A stretch of 63,709 bases of DNA from Paraspadella gotoi (GCA_051294375.1 CM119267.1:10477045-10540753); one strand, 5' to 3'. Counted from the first letter of the stretch, positions 1 through 15,347 are shown. A program made the numbers and translations. Notes: a model not told the origin generated them from the sequence alone.

Positions 1-181
1 ATTACGACTGGCCTCAAGTCGTCGACTCTGGTTGCCTTGGTAACTGAAAAACTATTCGTTTTAATTTGGAAGGAAAATAAAACTAAAAAACAGTTCGTAT
101 TGCATCTCTTTATCTCCAAAATTGTATCATCGAGACCGCTCTCTCTCTCTCTCTCTNNNNNNNNNNNNNNNNNNNNNNNNN

Positions 182-218
182 AAGAGAGATTAACAGGACC
201 AAGAGATACGGGAGGGGG

Positions 219-272
<54 letters not shown>

Positions 273-2696
273 AGAGAGAAGATGAGGAGAGAGAGAGAGG
301 AGAGGAGAGAGAGAGAGCATGAGTCGGGCCGACTTAGAAAAGAGACGCCGGCGTCAAGAAGGAGGAAAAAAAAAGCGACGCCGGGACGAGAGACGTTGCG
401 GAGTCACGTGACGACGAAAAACGAGAGACGTCGAATCCTTTCGTTCGAAATCTGCGTCGCGGACAAGTGATTCGTATTAGAATGGCGCGTGTGACTGAAT
501 GAAGGGGAAAGAGGGGGGGTAAGAAAGAGGGGGGAAGAGAGGGGGTGGGGTGGAGGTAGTGAAGGGTTCAGAAGGGAAGGGTATCAATGCGGAGAAGGGG
601 TCAATGGAAAGGTTGATTGAACTGCAAATTCTAGTAATATTATAGTGGTTATTTAAACATTACAAGAACATGAAATGTTTTTTAGGCTGATTTAGGCTAC
701 TAGGGGCAGTGGGAGCAGGATAAAGAATTTTCATTTGAATAAGGAAAGTTGTAATTCACGAGTAGAATTGTCAAATCGGTTAATCGAAAAATAATTCGTC
801 AGAACGTGCAAAAGACTGATGCCATTCATGTTATTCAGATTATAAAAGATGGAACGAAAACGAAAAATCTGTTATCGTGTCATTTCATCGAATTCCAGTC
901 CTCTTCCTTTAAACAATCGGAACTAATTTTCACTCAGCGTCGGCAATGCTTGCTCGCGCCTCTCTAATTCAGTTAATGGCCTTCGGGCGTCGAGAATTTG
1001 GCGGTTAATGTCGCCGCTTGCTCACGCAGAATCGCGGCAAATAGGGCGAGCGATCTTCCGCGAGTGCGAATTCGCAATAAGTCGAAGACAGACGAGAGAA
1101 AGGCTAATGCGGGCAAGAAAGCAATAACAGGCCGGGTCAGCGTGATTGTAAACGGGAAGGAAGTTTTTTTTTTTCTTTTAATCTTTTTAATTTTTTTATT
1201 TTTGAACGAAAATAAAAAAAAAGGGAAGAATCATCCCGAAATGAGAATTTTCTTTATTTGTGCGAGTTTTCAGTCATAAATCTTTGTGTATTTTTTATGT
1301 GAAAATGATATTACCCGGCGTATTGAAATTAGTTATTGTGAGGGATCGTTTTGAAAACGAGTTTGGCCAGTTGTTTTTTTTTAACCTAGGAGTGAGGGGT
1401 GGATTGAACCTCAGCCAACTCGTTTCTAGAGAAATATCGTCTCGTAAAGAATTAAGGAGACGTAAAAAGGGAAATCAGTTATGAATGAGGAGGGTTGAAA
1501 GAGGTGTACGTCCTATTTGCGGGAAAGGGAATAGAATAAACTTTAAAAATTTAGATTATATGTCTTGAGTTAGTAGAAAAATATAGAAAATCCGCGGTCG
1601 TAAAAATGTGAAAAAGATTCTTGGACTAAATTCCTCGCTTTGAAAAATATATTCGTTACAGGTAATAAAAATTAAACATAAAATTAACCGAGAAAATAAA
1701 TGAATCTAAAAGTTTTATGAACCAAACTACTAACCGAATATTCTTTCACCAAATCAGCACGCATCATACATCGTCAACACGAGAAGTAGGCCGATGCCGA
1801 GTAAAGTTTGTCCGGTTCAAAAATTCAATTCGATCATCTTTTCAAAAACAGTTTCTTTTTCTTTTTCGTATTTATTTAAAATCGTGACCATTCCGAACGG
1901 AATTCTTCCAAAAAGTTATCCGGACCCGATGAATGAGTAAAAATTAAAAACCATCAGTCTTTCTCACAATCGAAATTATAGTTTTCGTTGTGAATATCCA
2001 ATTAAGCCGACTGGCATTCAAAGTCGTCGATCTGGTTGCCTTGGAAACTGAAAAACTAATTTCGTGTTTAATTTGAAGGAAAAAAAACTAAAAAACAGTT
2101 CGTATTGCATCTGCTTTATCTCCAAAATTGTATTTTCAAATCGAGACGCGCTCTCTCATCTCGTCATCTCTGCGTCTTCTCTGCTCTATCTCGTCAGCTC
2201 TGCTCTCTCCTCTCGTCCGTCTCTCTCAAGTCTCTCTCCTCCCTCAGTCGGCTCTCTCTCTCTTTCTCTCTCTCTCTCTCTATGTTTCCCATCTTCGTTT
2301 TCCCCTTTTTCGATTGTTCGAACTTTATAAGGAGCCAGTAGCGAAGCAAAGCCAACCAACGAGAAGAGGCGTTTGCGAGCGAAACTCAGCCTGCGGGCGA
2401 AAGATTCCGACGGAAGGGAGATGCTCACGAATTCGTTTGCATCGTATTTGTTCGCATGAAATTTGTGCGCGTCAAATGCAGTCTTGCAGTTTCTTGCGCT
2501 TTCGTAACTCTATCAAGGCGAATGTTGAATGTCGACGTTTCCTTGGCAAAGAATCATTTCACATCTGAAGAAAAAATTGGTTCGTCTACTACGAATAAAT
2601 AAAATCGAACAAAAACTGATCTTAAAAAAAAGATTGACTAAATAAGAAAAAAATTAAGTGAAAGAGAAAAATAAAATAGAATAAGAGAGAGAGAGA

Positions 2697-2738
<42 letters not shown>

Positions 2739-2920
2739 CGGAGAGGGAGATCGATTTGTTTTGGCACCGAGATTCCTTTGGTCCTCGTCCAACAAAAGAA
2801 TTCAATCCAGTCGCCGAGTTTCCTTTTTTTCTCTCTCTCTTTTTCTTCCATCATCATCTGGTAAAAGAATTTTTTTCCCCCCAAAGAGAGATTAACAGGA
2901 CCAAGAGATACGGGAGGGGG

Positions 2921-2974
<54 letters not shown>

Positions 2975-5590
2975 AGAGAGAAGATGAGGAGAGAGAGAGA
3001 GGAGAGGAGAGAGAGAGAGCATGAGTCGGGCCGACTTAGAAAAGAGACGCCGGCGTCAAGAAGGAGGAAAAAAAAAGCGACGCCGGGACGAGAGACGTTG
3101 CGGAGTCACGTGACGACGAAAAACGAGAGACGTCGAATCCTTTCGTTCGAAATCTGCGTCGCGGACAAGTGATTCGTATTAGAATGGCGCGTGTGACTGA
3201 ATGAAGGGGAAAGAGGGGGGGTAAGAAAGAGGGGGGAAGAGAGGGGGTGGGGTGGAGGTAGTGAAGGGTTCAGAAGGGAAGGGTATCAATGCGGAGAAGG
3301 GGTCAATGGAAAGGTTGATTGAACTGCAAATTCTAGTAATATTATAGTGGTTATTTAAACATTACAAGAACATGAAATGTTTTTTAGGCTGATTTAGGCT
3401 ACTAGGGGCAGTGGGAGCAGGATAAAGAATTTTCATTTGAATAAGGAAAGTTGTAATTCACGAGTAGAATTGTCAAATCGGTTAATCGAAAAATAATTCG
3501 TCAGAACGTGCAAAAGACTGATGCCATTCATGTTATTCAGATTATAAAAGATGGAACGAAAACGAAAAATCTGTTATCGTGTCATTTCATCGAATTCCAG
3601 TCCTCTTCCTTTAAACAATCGGAACTAATTTTCACTCAGCGTCGGCAATGCTTGCTCGCGCCTCTCTAATTCAGTTAATGGCCTTCGGGCGTCGAGAATT
3701 TGGCGGTTAATGTCGCCGCTTGCTCACGCAGAATCGCGGCAAATAGGGCGAGCGATCTTCCGCGAGTGCGAATTCGCAATAAGTCGAAGACAGACGAGAG
3801 AAAGGCTAATGCGGGCAAGAAAGCAATAACAGGCCGGGTCAGCGTGATTGTAAACGGGAAGGAAGTTTTTTTTTTTCTTTTAATCTTTTTAATTTTTTTA
3901 TTTTTGAACGAAAATAAAAAAAAAGGGAAGAATCATCCCGAAATGAGAATTTTCTTTATTTGTGCGAGTTTTCAGTCATAAATCTTTGTGTATTTTTTAT
4001 GTGAAAATGATATTACCCGGCGTATTGAAATTAGTTATTGTGAGGGATCGTTTTGAAAACGAGTTTGGCCAGTTGTTTTTTTTTAACCTAGGAGTGAGGG
4101 GTGGATTGAACCTCAGCCAACTCGTTTCTAGAGAAATATCGTCTCGTAAAGAATTAAGGAGACGTAAAAAGGGAAATCAGTTATGAATGAGGAGGGTTGA
4201 AAGAGGTGTACGTCCTATTTGCGGGAAAGGGAATAGAATAAACTTTAAAAATTTAGATTATATGTCTTGAGTTAGTAGAAAAATATAGAAAATCCGCGGT
4301 CGTAAAAATGTGAAAAAGATTCTTGGACTAAATTCCTCGCTTTGAAAAATATATTCGTTACAGGTAATAAAAATTAAACATAAAATTAACCGAGAAAATA
4401 AATGAATCTAAAAGTTTTATGAACCAAACTACTAACCGAATATTCTTTCACCAAATCAGCACGCATCATACATCGTCAACACGAGAAGTAGGCCGATGCC
4501 GAGTAAAGTTTGTCCGGTTCAAAAATTCAATTCGATCATCTTTTCAAAAACAGTTTCTTTTTCTTTTTCGTATTTATTTAAAATCGTGACCATTCCGAAC
4601 GGAATTCTTCCAAAAAGTTATCCGGACCCGATGAATGAGTAAAAATTAAAAACCATCAGTCTTTCTCACAATCGAAATTATAGTTTTCGTTGTGAATATC
4701 CAATTAAGCCGACTGGCATTCAAAGTCGTCGATCTGGTTGCCTTGGAAACTGAAAAACTAATTTCGTGTTTAATTTGAAGGAAAAAAAACTAAAAAACAG
4801 TTCGTATTGCATCTGCTTTATCTCCAAAATTGTATTTTCAAATCGAGACGCGCTCTCTCATCTCGTCATCTCTGCGTCTTCTCTGCTCTATCTCGTCAGC
4901 TCTGCTCTCTCCTCTCGTCCGTCTCTCTCAAGTCTCTCTCCTCCCTCAGTCGGCTCTCTCTCTCTTTCTCTCTCTCTCTCTCTATGTTTCCCATCTTCGT
5001 TTTCCCCTTTTTCGATTGTTCGAACTTTATAAGGAGCCAGTAGCGAAGGCCAACCAACGAGAAGAAGAGGCGTTTGCGGAAGCGAACAAACTCAGCCTGC
5101 GGGCGAAAAGATATCCGACGGAAGGGAGAATGCTCACCGAAAATTCGTGTTGCATCGTAATTTGTTCGCATGAAATTGTTGTGCGCGGGTCAAAATGGGC
5201 AGTCTTGCAGTTTCTTCTTGCGCTTTCGTAACTCTAATCAAAGGCGAATGGTTGATGTCGAACGTTTCCTGGCAAAGAATCATTTCACATCTGAGAAAAA
5301 ATTGGTTCGTCTACTAACGCATAAATAGAAATGAACAAAAACTGATGTTATAAAAAAGATTGACATAAATAAGAAAAAAATTAAGTGAAAGTAGAAAAAT
5401 AAAATACGAATAAGGAAGAGAGAAGAGAAGAAGACAGAGAGAAGAAGAGAGACAGAGAGAGAGAGAGAGAGAGGGAAGATCGATTTGTTTTGGGCACCGA
5501 GAATTCCTTTGGTCCTTGCGTCGCAACAAGAAAGATGTCAATCCAGTCGCGCGAGTTTCCTTTTTTTTCTCTGCTCATCTTTTCTTCCAT
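182..5590. repeat. Direct tandem duplication, period 2702 bp (copy A 182-2883, copy B 2884-~5590); 1-156 is a further noisy partial copy
   Basis: The ORF track repeats at +2702 (998/3700, 1260/3962, 2064/4766). The copies look identical to ~5045 and then become indel-rich. Adjacent to the 25-N gap at 157-181, so probably an assembly artefact. Confidence 0.9.
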
Positions 5591-5620
5591 CTCATGCTAT
5601 CAAACGGAGAAATTTATTTT

Positions 5621-8600
5621 CGGCCCAATAAAAAAAAAAAGATTTCTGCCTTTGTAACACATTTTTGTCTTGGTTTCCAATCGACCCTAGTTTTTTTTTT
5701 TTTCCGCTCCTGTCCTTTTCACTGGGGCCGCAATTTTGGAATCCCATATTAAAATGTCCTCTCTCTCTCCTCCTCTCTCTCTTCTCTCTCGTCTCTCTCT
5801 CTCTCTACAGTTTCGCCTCAGAAATGTTTTGTTCGTCTTCCTTTTTTTCCCATTCCTTTATTTTCTCTCTTTGTTTCCCTTATTCTTTTTCCCGCAGGCG
5901 CTTCATCTTTCTTCTTTTCATTCTTATCCTGCTTTGTTTTTTGTAAAAAGGATCGAGGGAATGAATCATTAATTTGAAAGATTAAATGAGATTAAGGGAC
6001 CCTACTTAATAAGATAGAGACTGATTAAAATCGAGTAGAAACCAAGCCAAAAAAAAAAGTAACTCCTTATCTGCTCTTCAACCTTAAAGCTCTTTGGTAT
6101 TTTTTTTCTGACGATATTTACTAAATGTGTATATTGTATAATTAGTAACAATAACGCAATTTTTACCGAAACGTAAAAGTTTCACTTTTCAAAACCACAA
6201 CGATATGATTGTTTGATTAGAGACTAAGCAAAATTGTTTTGTTCATACATAAATTTACTTCCATGAAACCAGTTTTAGAAACATTGAAAAACATTTGAAT
6301 CTGACCGAATGGAAAAATTTTTGGCGGCCGAATTAAATTACTGCGAGTTCTGATTGGTCGGAAAATAGACTCGACGCCTTTGGTATTCTCATTGGTTGGT
6401 GGTTGACAACGTCAGGGGTTTAAACTCCCAAGAGTTGAAGCAAGCAAGAAAGAAGTTTTTTTTGACCGCGCGATTGTGAGTGGTGCGGTGTGAAATAGAG
6501 AAGAAGAGAGGAAGAGAGAGAAGAGAGAGAGAGAGAGAGAAGAGAGAGAACAGAGAGAAGAAGAGAGAAGAGAGAGAGGAAGAGAGAGAAAATCTTTTGA
6601 AACTCTACTCGAGAGATTTTGAATCCGCGGTGTGATGAGGGTCAGAGCTCGTGCTGTGAAAGAAGTCTAGGAAGGGTGTGAGAAGACGCAAAGAGAGAGA
6701 CAGAGAGAGAGAGAGAGAGATGAAAAAGGGGAGAGAGAGAGAGAGAGATATCCACCCCCTTCCCGACCGCCCGCCTTTTCCTGCATTGGCGCCAACCACC
6801 CGGGCCATTCGAATCACGTAGCCGCAACGAGTTGTGTTCACATTCCACTTTATTCACTTTTCCCCGCTCCGCCGTCTTCCTCGACCTTCCCGCCGCAATT
6901 TGCCATGCCTCCGCGCCGTCCGCCGGCCGTCCGGGCCGCCTCCGCCGCCTCTCAGCGCGCTTCACAACTCAAAACCGCATCCATTCGCGAAATGTAATAC
7001 TTTCTTGTTTTGGTTTGAATGTTTCCGCCTGGCGAAAAAACAAAAGGCTCGTTGTTGTAACCCCCGAATAAGAAGATAGGGGTGAAAGCGGCGGGAAACT
7101 AGAGAGACAGAGAGAGGAGAGAGAGAGAGAGGAGAGAAGAGAGCGAGAAAGAGACGAGAGAGAGAGAGAGAGAGAGAGGGAGGAGAGAGAGAGAGATGAG
7201 CAGCAAGGATTTCATTAGCTGCTAGCAATTAGTTTTTCGATTTAACCATAAGACGAGAGCAAAAAAGTCTAACTCAACAGAAAGACATAAGAATTCGATG
7301 GATTTCCTTCGCAACAGATAGATGATGGTCATTGCGTTTGGTGAAATTGGCCGAGGTCGGTTTAGGGTCGGCGTGACTGCGTCAGACGTCTTCTGGCTGT
7401 CGGGCGATCCAACTCGTAGTGCCCATAGGTGTGCCAAATGCGTCTCATCCGGAAGTCCTATTGCGTCTCTCATCATTTTCTCATCTGGCATCTGCCCGAC
7501 GATCCCGGCGAGCACCCCTAGAGTCCCTCTTCGGGACGTGCCCGCTCATAGACGTATTTTTGAAGCCCATCTCGCGTTGCAAATTGTATCCGCAGGTTTC
7601 CCTCTTCCGTAACTCTTGAATATGTCTCATCGAAACCCCATCTAGAGCTTTTTTGCTTCATGTCGCACCTATCATAACACAGTCTCGCTATTACGCCCTC
7701 TGCTCCGGTGTTCGACTCACGTCGTCCCGCTGGCTTGCGCTTGCGTTCTAATCAATGATTCCTTCGCGGTCCCCTTTCTTTCCTCCCTGCCATTGCTGTC
7801 CCTCGTGCTCTCTCTCGCAGGTCAGGTCTCTCCTCTGTCCGATCCCGTGTCCCACCGCTTCCTCTAGTGAGTATTCTCCGCTCTACTGTCCCCACAGAGT
7901 CTAATGTCCCGTCCCCACTTCTGCCCCCCTTTCCAACTCCTACACCACCGCTACCCGCGCTCGCAACGCGTCTCGACACCCGCTGTTGGTCTCCTCGGAT
8001 TTTTCACGCAAGGACTCGTTGCGGTATTTGACGCTAGTTTTGTTTCTTTGTGTTTGTTTGTTCCTATTTTTTTTTTTTTCTCTCTCTCGTCCTTCTTTTC
8101 CGTCGACGCCGCAAAATATCATCGTCACGCAGATTTGTTTGGCTTCTCAGGACCGGNNNNNNNNNNNNNNNNNNNNNNNNNGCCCCAATAAAAAAAAAAA
8201 AGATATTCTCCTTTTAACACATTTTTGTCTGTTTCGCATCGACCTAGTTTTTTTTTTTTTTCGCGCTCACTCCTTGTTCACTGGGGCCGCAATTTGGAAT
8301 CCCATATAAAATGTCCTCTCTCTCTCTCTGGCTCTCTCTCTTCTCTCTCTCTCTCGTCTCTCTCTCAGTTTCGCCTCAGAAATTTTTTGTTTCTGCTTCC
8401 TTTTTTTCCGCATTCCTTTATTTTCTCTCTTTGTTTCCGTTTTCTTTTTCGCCGCAGCAGCGTTCATTTTCTTCTTTTTCATTCTTCTTACATGTTTTTT
8501 TTGTAAAAAGGATCGAGGGAATGAATCATTAAATTTGAAAGAAGTTAATGAGATTAAGGGACCCTACTTATAAGATAGAGACTGATTAAAATCGAGAGAA

Positions 8601-9072
8601 ACCAAGCCAAAAAAAAAGTAACTCCTTATCTGCTCTTCACTATAAAGCTCTTTGGTATTTTTTCTGATCGATATTACTAAATTGTATGATTGTATAATTA
8701 GATACAATAACGCAATTTATTACCGAAACGTAAAAAGTTTCACTTTTCAAAACGCACAACGATATGTGATTGGTTTGATTGAGACTAAAGCAAAATGTTT
8801 TTGTCATACATAAATTTTACTTCCATGAAACCAAGTTTAGAAAACTTGAAAAACATTTGAATCTGACCGAATGGAAAAATTTTTGGCGGCCGAATTAATT
8901 ACGCGAGTTCTGACTTGGTCGGAAAATAGACTCGACCTTGGTATTTCATTGGTTGGTGGTTTGACACGTCAGGGGGTTTAAAACTCGCCAAGAGAGTTGA
9001 ATGCAAGAAAGAAAGTATTTTTTTAACCGCGCGATTGTGAGTGGTGCGTGTGAAATAGAGAAGAAGAGAGGA

Positions 9073-9112
<40 letters not shown>

Positions 9113-10715
9113 AGAGAAGAGAGAGAGAGAGGAACGAGAGAGAGAAATCTTTTTTGAAACTCTACCTCGAGACGAATTTTGAATCCGCGTGGTGATGAGG
9201 GTCAGGCTCGTGCTGGTGAAAGAAGTCTAGGAAAGGGTTGTGAGAAAGCCAAAAGAGCAGAGAGAGAGAGAGAGAGATGAATGAGAGAGAGAGAGAAAAA
9301 GGAAGAGATATCCCCACCTTCCCGACCCCCGCCTTTTCCTCGCATGGCCAACCACCCGGGCATTCGAATCCACGTAGCGCCGCACGATTTGTTCCTACTT
9401 CCACTTTATTCACTTTTCCCCGCTGCCGCGTCTTCCTCGACCTCCCTGCGCATCTTGCCGCAGTCCGTCGCGCCGTCCGCCCGGCCGTCCGCGCGCCTCC
9501 GCCGCGCTCAGCGCCGCTTCATCAACTCTAGAAACGCGCACCATTCGCGAAATGTAAACTTACTTCTTGTTTTGGTTTAATTTCCACCTGCGCGAAAAAA
9601 AAAAGGCTCGTTGTTGTAACCCCCTGAAAAGAAATAGGGGTGAAAGCGGACGGAGAGACAATAGAGAGAGAGAGAGAGAGAGAGAGTAGAGAGAGAGGAG
9701 AAGAGACGAGAGAGAGAGAGAGAGAGAGATGAGGAGGGGAGAGAGGAGAGTCAGAGCAGAAGGATTTATATTTGCTGCTAGCAATTAGTTTTCGATTTAA
9801 CCATAAGACGAGAGCAAAAAAGTACAACTCAACAAGAAAGTAAGAATTCGATGGATTTCCTTTCGCAATCAGATAGATGATGGTCATTGGCGTTTGGATG
9901 AAATTGGGCCGAGGTCGGTTAGGGTCGGCGTGACTGCGTCCAGACGTCTTCTGGGCTGTCGGGCGTGTCCAACTCAGTCGCCATAGGTGGTGCCAATGCG
10001 TCTCATCCTCGAAGTCCATATTGCGTTCTCATCATATTGTCTCTCTGGCATCTGCCCGAACGATCCCGCGAGGCACCCTAAGAGTCCGCTCTTCGCAGCC
10101 CGCATAACGTCTTGGCCCCTCCATGACAAGTATCCGGTTCCTTGTAACCTATAGTCTGCGTCAACATTATGCAGGCTTTTTTGCTTCCGTAGCTACTGAA
10201 TACTCATCTCGCTATTACCCCATCTAGATTTGCTTCGTGTCGCCCTACTTAACAGTCACATACGCCCCTGCTCTTGTCGCTCGTCGCTGGCGCGTTTCTA
10301 ATTGCAATGATTCCTTCGCGTCCGCTTTTCTTTCCTCCTGTGCCATTGGGTCCCTTCGTGCTCTCTCTTCGCAGGTCAGTCCTCCCTTGTCCGATCTCCG
10401 TGTCCCCCAGCTTCCTCTAGTGTATGCTCTCCGCGTCTACTGTCCGCCACAGAGTGCTAATGTCCCGAGGTCCCCACTTCTGCCCCCTTTCCACTCCTAC
10501 CACCGCACCCGCGCCTCCACGGCGGTCTCACACCCGCTTTGGTCTCCTCGGATTTTTTCATCGCAAGGAGCATCGTTCGTATTTGACGCTGTTTTGTTTC
10601 TTTGTTTGTTTGTTCCTATTTTTTTTTCTTCTTCTCTCTCTCCGTCTTCCTTTTCGTCTGATCGGACCGAAAATATCATCGTCACTGCAGATTTTGTTTG
10701 GCTTCTCAGGACCTG
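5621..10715. repeat. Direct tandem duplication of ~2.55 kb (5621-8156 and 8182-~10715) across a 25-N gap
   Basis: Collinear sequence on both sides of gap 8157-8181 (both start ...CCCAATAAAAAAA, both end CTCAGGACC). Differences are mostly 1-bp indels, as in uncorrected long reads. Confidence 0.9.
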
Positions 10716-11262
10716 CCAAACAGAGAATAATCGAACGAAAACGGGAGAAGCAGAGGGGGGAAAAAGAAAAAGAATGAAGTAAAGAAGAAGGTTCTTCCAA
10801 ATAGCTATTACTGTATAAAACACCAAACAGAGAATATCGAACGAAACGGAGAAACAAAGGGGAAAAAAAGAAAAAAAAAAGAAAAAGAATGAGAAAGAAA
10901 GAAAAGATTCTTCGCTAAATATAAACTTCATAAAAGATTTTGACATGGCGCAAAAGCTAATGACTCTAACACAACGCGAAATTTATTCAAGTTTCAAGTG
11001 AAATGATGAACTAAAAATAGAACATAAATTGGAAAAAATTGAAAGAAGGATTTTTTTTCTCTTCCCCGAAGTTTTGAGAATTAACTTGAAATTTTGATTT
11101 CGAATTGAAGAAACAATTGTCTTTCGTTGATTTCCCTTCGGAAAGGCAGAGTGGGATTGAGAGAGAGAGAGAGATAGAGAGAGAGTGAGAGATAGAGAGA
11201 GAGAAGAGAGAGAGAGAGAGAAGCAGTATTTAAAGGAATAGAAGGACGTACATCTTGGCATA

Positions 11263-12868
11263 GCTCCACGACGATCGATGTCTTTAGAACAACAGAAATC
11301 TGAATCTTCAATAATTACCATCTTTCTTGATCTCATTAGTTAGTATGAGCTTTACTTCAGTTTAAAAAACGGTAGTCTCAGTTTATCTCCTTCTTATCAC
11401 TTAGAGAACTTCGCCAGGTAAATTTCTATGAGTTTAAAATACGGTAAGACATGATTTCTTCAATGATGGGGTTTGTTATTTAATCCATTAACTTTGCGTA
11501 AGTTTTAGATATAGTATGTTCGAATTTTATGGTAGATGCATTTTTAAAAGATCGAATTCCTCATAGAATCTTCAACGTTCTTTTACTTATATAAAGTTTT
11601 TAGGTTTTAGACGCCACATTATCTGATACATAATTTTTTTTTCTTAATACGCTTTCCGCGGATTCGTTTTCTTCACTTCTTTTCTTCTCTTTCTTTATAT
11701 TTTCGCTCTCCCTCTTTTCTCCCCGTACTTCTCACTCTGTCACTTGCCAGTTTTTTGCCCCTAACCTTTTTCTGGCACTTCAATGCATTTGCTCACATTT
11801 TTTTCTTCCTTCTCATCTTTCCCTTTCTTTTCCCCCTCCTTTTTCTTTCCAAATTTTACCCCTCATTTCCTACTTTATTTGTCTCAATATTTTTTCTCTC
11901 CCCATTTGCCTTCTTTTTTTGCCCTTTGCGCCCTGTCTTTTATTCTCCTCCTTTCTCTTTTCTCCCTTGGTTTTCCATTTCGCGGTCTTCCTCTCACCAA
12001 CGTTTACATGTGAGCCCAAATCAAAGAAAATATTTTAAAATGCATTATAAGAAAAGAAACTCAACGGTAGCGGCGTGATTTTTCTTTCAATTTTGGTTGT
12101 CCTAGCAAATTTAGTAAATCGACAGTATTTGCGGAAAAATTTTCCGCAAAATCTGTCGATTTTGAGAAAAAACAAGTCCTGATGCTTTCGCCAGTGGATT
12201 AAAAGGAAGCGGTTTTTTTTTATTATCAAGGTCAGTATGTACCCTCATTCTTTTAAAAAGCTAATAAATGAGTTGAAAATATTCCTCTTTATCAAAATAA
12301 ATGCAAGTCAGCAAAGTCACAAAATTAAAAGACGTCTTTAAAAAAATTATTTTGTGGCTAAATAGTCCAGAAAAGTTTTTTTGAATAATTTTATAGGTGT
12401 TAAAAGCTTATTCATAGGCTATATTTTCTGTTAATTTGCAACCCCATTTTGATTTTTTTTGTTTAAACATTATGATAAAGGAGCTGAAACTCCACATTTT
12501 GAGCTTGTTAACTTTAAATTAATTCATAGGCAAACTATAATGATTAAGCTAATAAATTTCCCAGAAGGTAAAGAAGATAAGAAAGAACCGGATTTCCACA
12601 GTAAAAAATTTTTCTCAAACTTTCCTTGGCATTCAAATGCAGAAAGTCTAATGTAAAATGGACAAAAATGACATAATTTTTTTTGGCTAAAAAGTGCTAA
12701 ATGGTACATTTAATCATTAAAAACGGGTGGAGATGGTTTTTAACCAATCCTTCTTTCAGCATTAATTTGTGTTGTGGGTCGCAAGTAACTCAACATTGTT
12801 AAGTAACAACTGAACAATAGTGGAAAGAGTCGTTTTCTTCGCTTAATAGCAACGTTTGTACGCGAACC
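11263..12868 (+). mobile_element. ~1.6-kb non-autonomous DNA transposon-like element, copy 1
   Basis: Matches 44976-46578 in inverted orientation over its full length, with sharp ends. Imperfect terminal inverted repeats (GCTCCACGACGATCG...CGTTTGTACGCGAACC). Flanked by ATA on both sides (candidate 3-bp TSD). No transposase ORF seen. Confidence 0.7.
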
Positions 12869-15309
12869 ATATTTGATTCGTATGAACGACTCCTTTCCGC
12901 CCACGCCGCGACTTGCTTCTATTTTAGAGCTCAAATGAGAGAAAGTGAAGTGCGATATGTGCCGAATTATTGGAATCACCTCTTTTGCAATACAGTTACA
13001 TTGTGAAAAAAACGATTTAATTCGTTCGATGACAAAAAGATTCCATCAATTTTAAACGAGGTAATTATGGACTGATAATAGTGAATTAAGTGTACGAGCG
13101 TATAGCATTTTGCGCAAAGCACATATCGAAATATATAGAAAGAACGAAATCTGACGTATTTTTTGCTTAATACTTAAAAGTAGCTAACCTTCGTAATAAA
13201 GGAGACTTTGGGGAGATTTGACTGAAAAGATCGAGAAAGAAAAAAAGTTGGCGGATGGGCGGCGCGGTCGGGTTGAAGGCGGAGGGCAGAGGTCAGTGGG
13301 ACCCAGAAGGAATGAACGTCGGTCAAGGGCAGATAGAAAAAGGGCAGGGGTTAATGGACTTAGGGACCCAGAGAGCTGGGGAGAGGTGGGGGATGAGATG
13401 GTTGGTAGACGGATGGGGTTGGGTTTTGTTTGAGGGAGAAGTGACTCTAAGGGGGGAAGATAAGATGGAAAGAGGCAGGGTTAATGATTCTGGTGGGAGT
13501 GACGAAGGAGTGCCGTTTCTGAAAACGCTATAGGGTATACACTATAAAACTATAGAGTGAAAAGAAAGAAAGTAAGAATGAAAAGCGAAAAAAGAAAGAA
13601 AAAGAAAAGAAAGAAAAGAAAGGAAAAGAAAGAATCGTTTGCGAACGAAGCCCGGGCGGAGACTCTTGACTTTCATTTTTCCCAAAAGAAGAAAAATGAA
13701 AGAATAGGAAAGATTAATCAAGAAACCGCTAGGGGGAAATATTATGAGAAAATATTATGTGGTCGTAATAAAAAAGGAAGCGTTATATTTTTTTTGCGGG
13801 TTGGAACAACTTTGAATTTGGAAGTTGAAAGACTAATAGCAATACGTATTACGCAGTGGTGGTTGGATTAAGAATAATGAACTCGTAAAAAAAAAAGAGA
13901 AAGATTTGTAAACCAAATTGTTATCGTTTCTCTCGCACGTTCTTTATTCTATATTCTCTCTGTCTCTATTTATCCCTACGACCCCCTCTCCCACTCCCTC
14001 TCACTCGCCGATAAAATACCGTTTAAAGAGAAATAAATCGAACAGCGGGAAAACATCATTTTTTTGCCGACCGTGAGACTCCACAACATCACAACATCAC
14101 AACAGGATTCCGATTCTTATGTCCCTTTCCTTTCCCCCACGACCCTTTCCGTTCCCCAACTACAAAACTCTTTCCATATTGAAACAGTTTCGTCGAAAGT
14201 TCGAGGTTGCGTCTGAGTTTCCTTTTTTGTGAAAGCAAAAATGTTATTCTTTTCTTCGAGAAATATTTTGAATCACTCCGATACGACGAAATTTAAAGTC
14301 AAAGAAAGTTAAAACGGCGTTAATAAATTTTGACTAAAGTTGAGGAGCAAAGTAGTCGCTTGAGATGGTGTTTAAAAAGATTTATTCACAATGTTCAGAA
14401 ATAATAAATCTAAAATATATCTAACTTATCTGTCATATATTTATATAAAAATATGTATTTTATTACACTAACGAAACCGTAATTAGGAATGGAAAATGGA
14501 ACAGAAGATGGAATATCGCACATTTACATTTTAAAAGCATTCGCGTTGGTTAATGCAATTTAAGCTCAATCAAGAAGAGTGTTTTTGCCTCTGGCATTCG
14601 CCGACGCAAGTTTTTTTTAACTCGAACTCGAAAAGAAAATAGAGAAAAGAGAAATAAATATTAAAAAAAATCAAGTAAGAAAATTTAGCGAAAAGGAAAA
14701 CAACTAACAAAAAAAAAGAAAATATCGGAAGGATTTAAATTCCCCCTTTTTTTCCATCGAATAATGGAGGTTCTCACATGACTAAAAACCATCTCACCTG
14801 CCGAGCGTAAAGTGATTACGCAAACCCAGATCTCTCTCTGCCTTCGTCCTTAACGCACCATAAATCTCATCAAAAGTCTCACCTCACTCCAAAAACCATA
14901 AAAAACTCACGGATTTTCTAGAGAATTTGAATTTTTTTCTTAAGTCGAATCGTGTTAAGTGGAGCGATCAGTACCTGAAGGTTGTTTTTTTCTCTTTTCC
15001 TAAATTCGCTAAATCTCGAGTATTATACTATTATATTATTATTCTGATATAATTATACTCCCCTCCCTTTGAAAAAACCTCCCTGCCAACTGCGTTTACA
15101 TTTATTCTTTTAACTTTATCTTCCCGGGTCTTTTCTTCTCTTCAGAGAGAGTAGGGGTAGACGAAGTCTTCAAAAAATCTTTTTCGTCTGCGAGAAGATT
15201 TATAGAATTTTCCTGTTAATCTACTTCCTTCCTCTTCCGAAAACAGTGGTCATAAATAACGTCTGAAAAATTAACGTGCGCGCTCTATGCCCCCCCCCCA
15301 ACCTAGGTT

Positions 15310-15347
<38 letters not shown>

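Noticed and set aside
6600-7700. GC-rich exon-like blocks (also 9160-10150) possibly from a minus-strand gene
   Set aside because: Both copies are too indel-rich to give a consistent frame, and the tentative consensus peptide matches nothing I recognise. Unresolved, not excluded.
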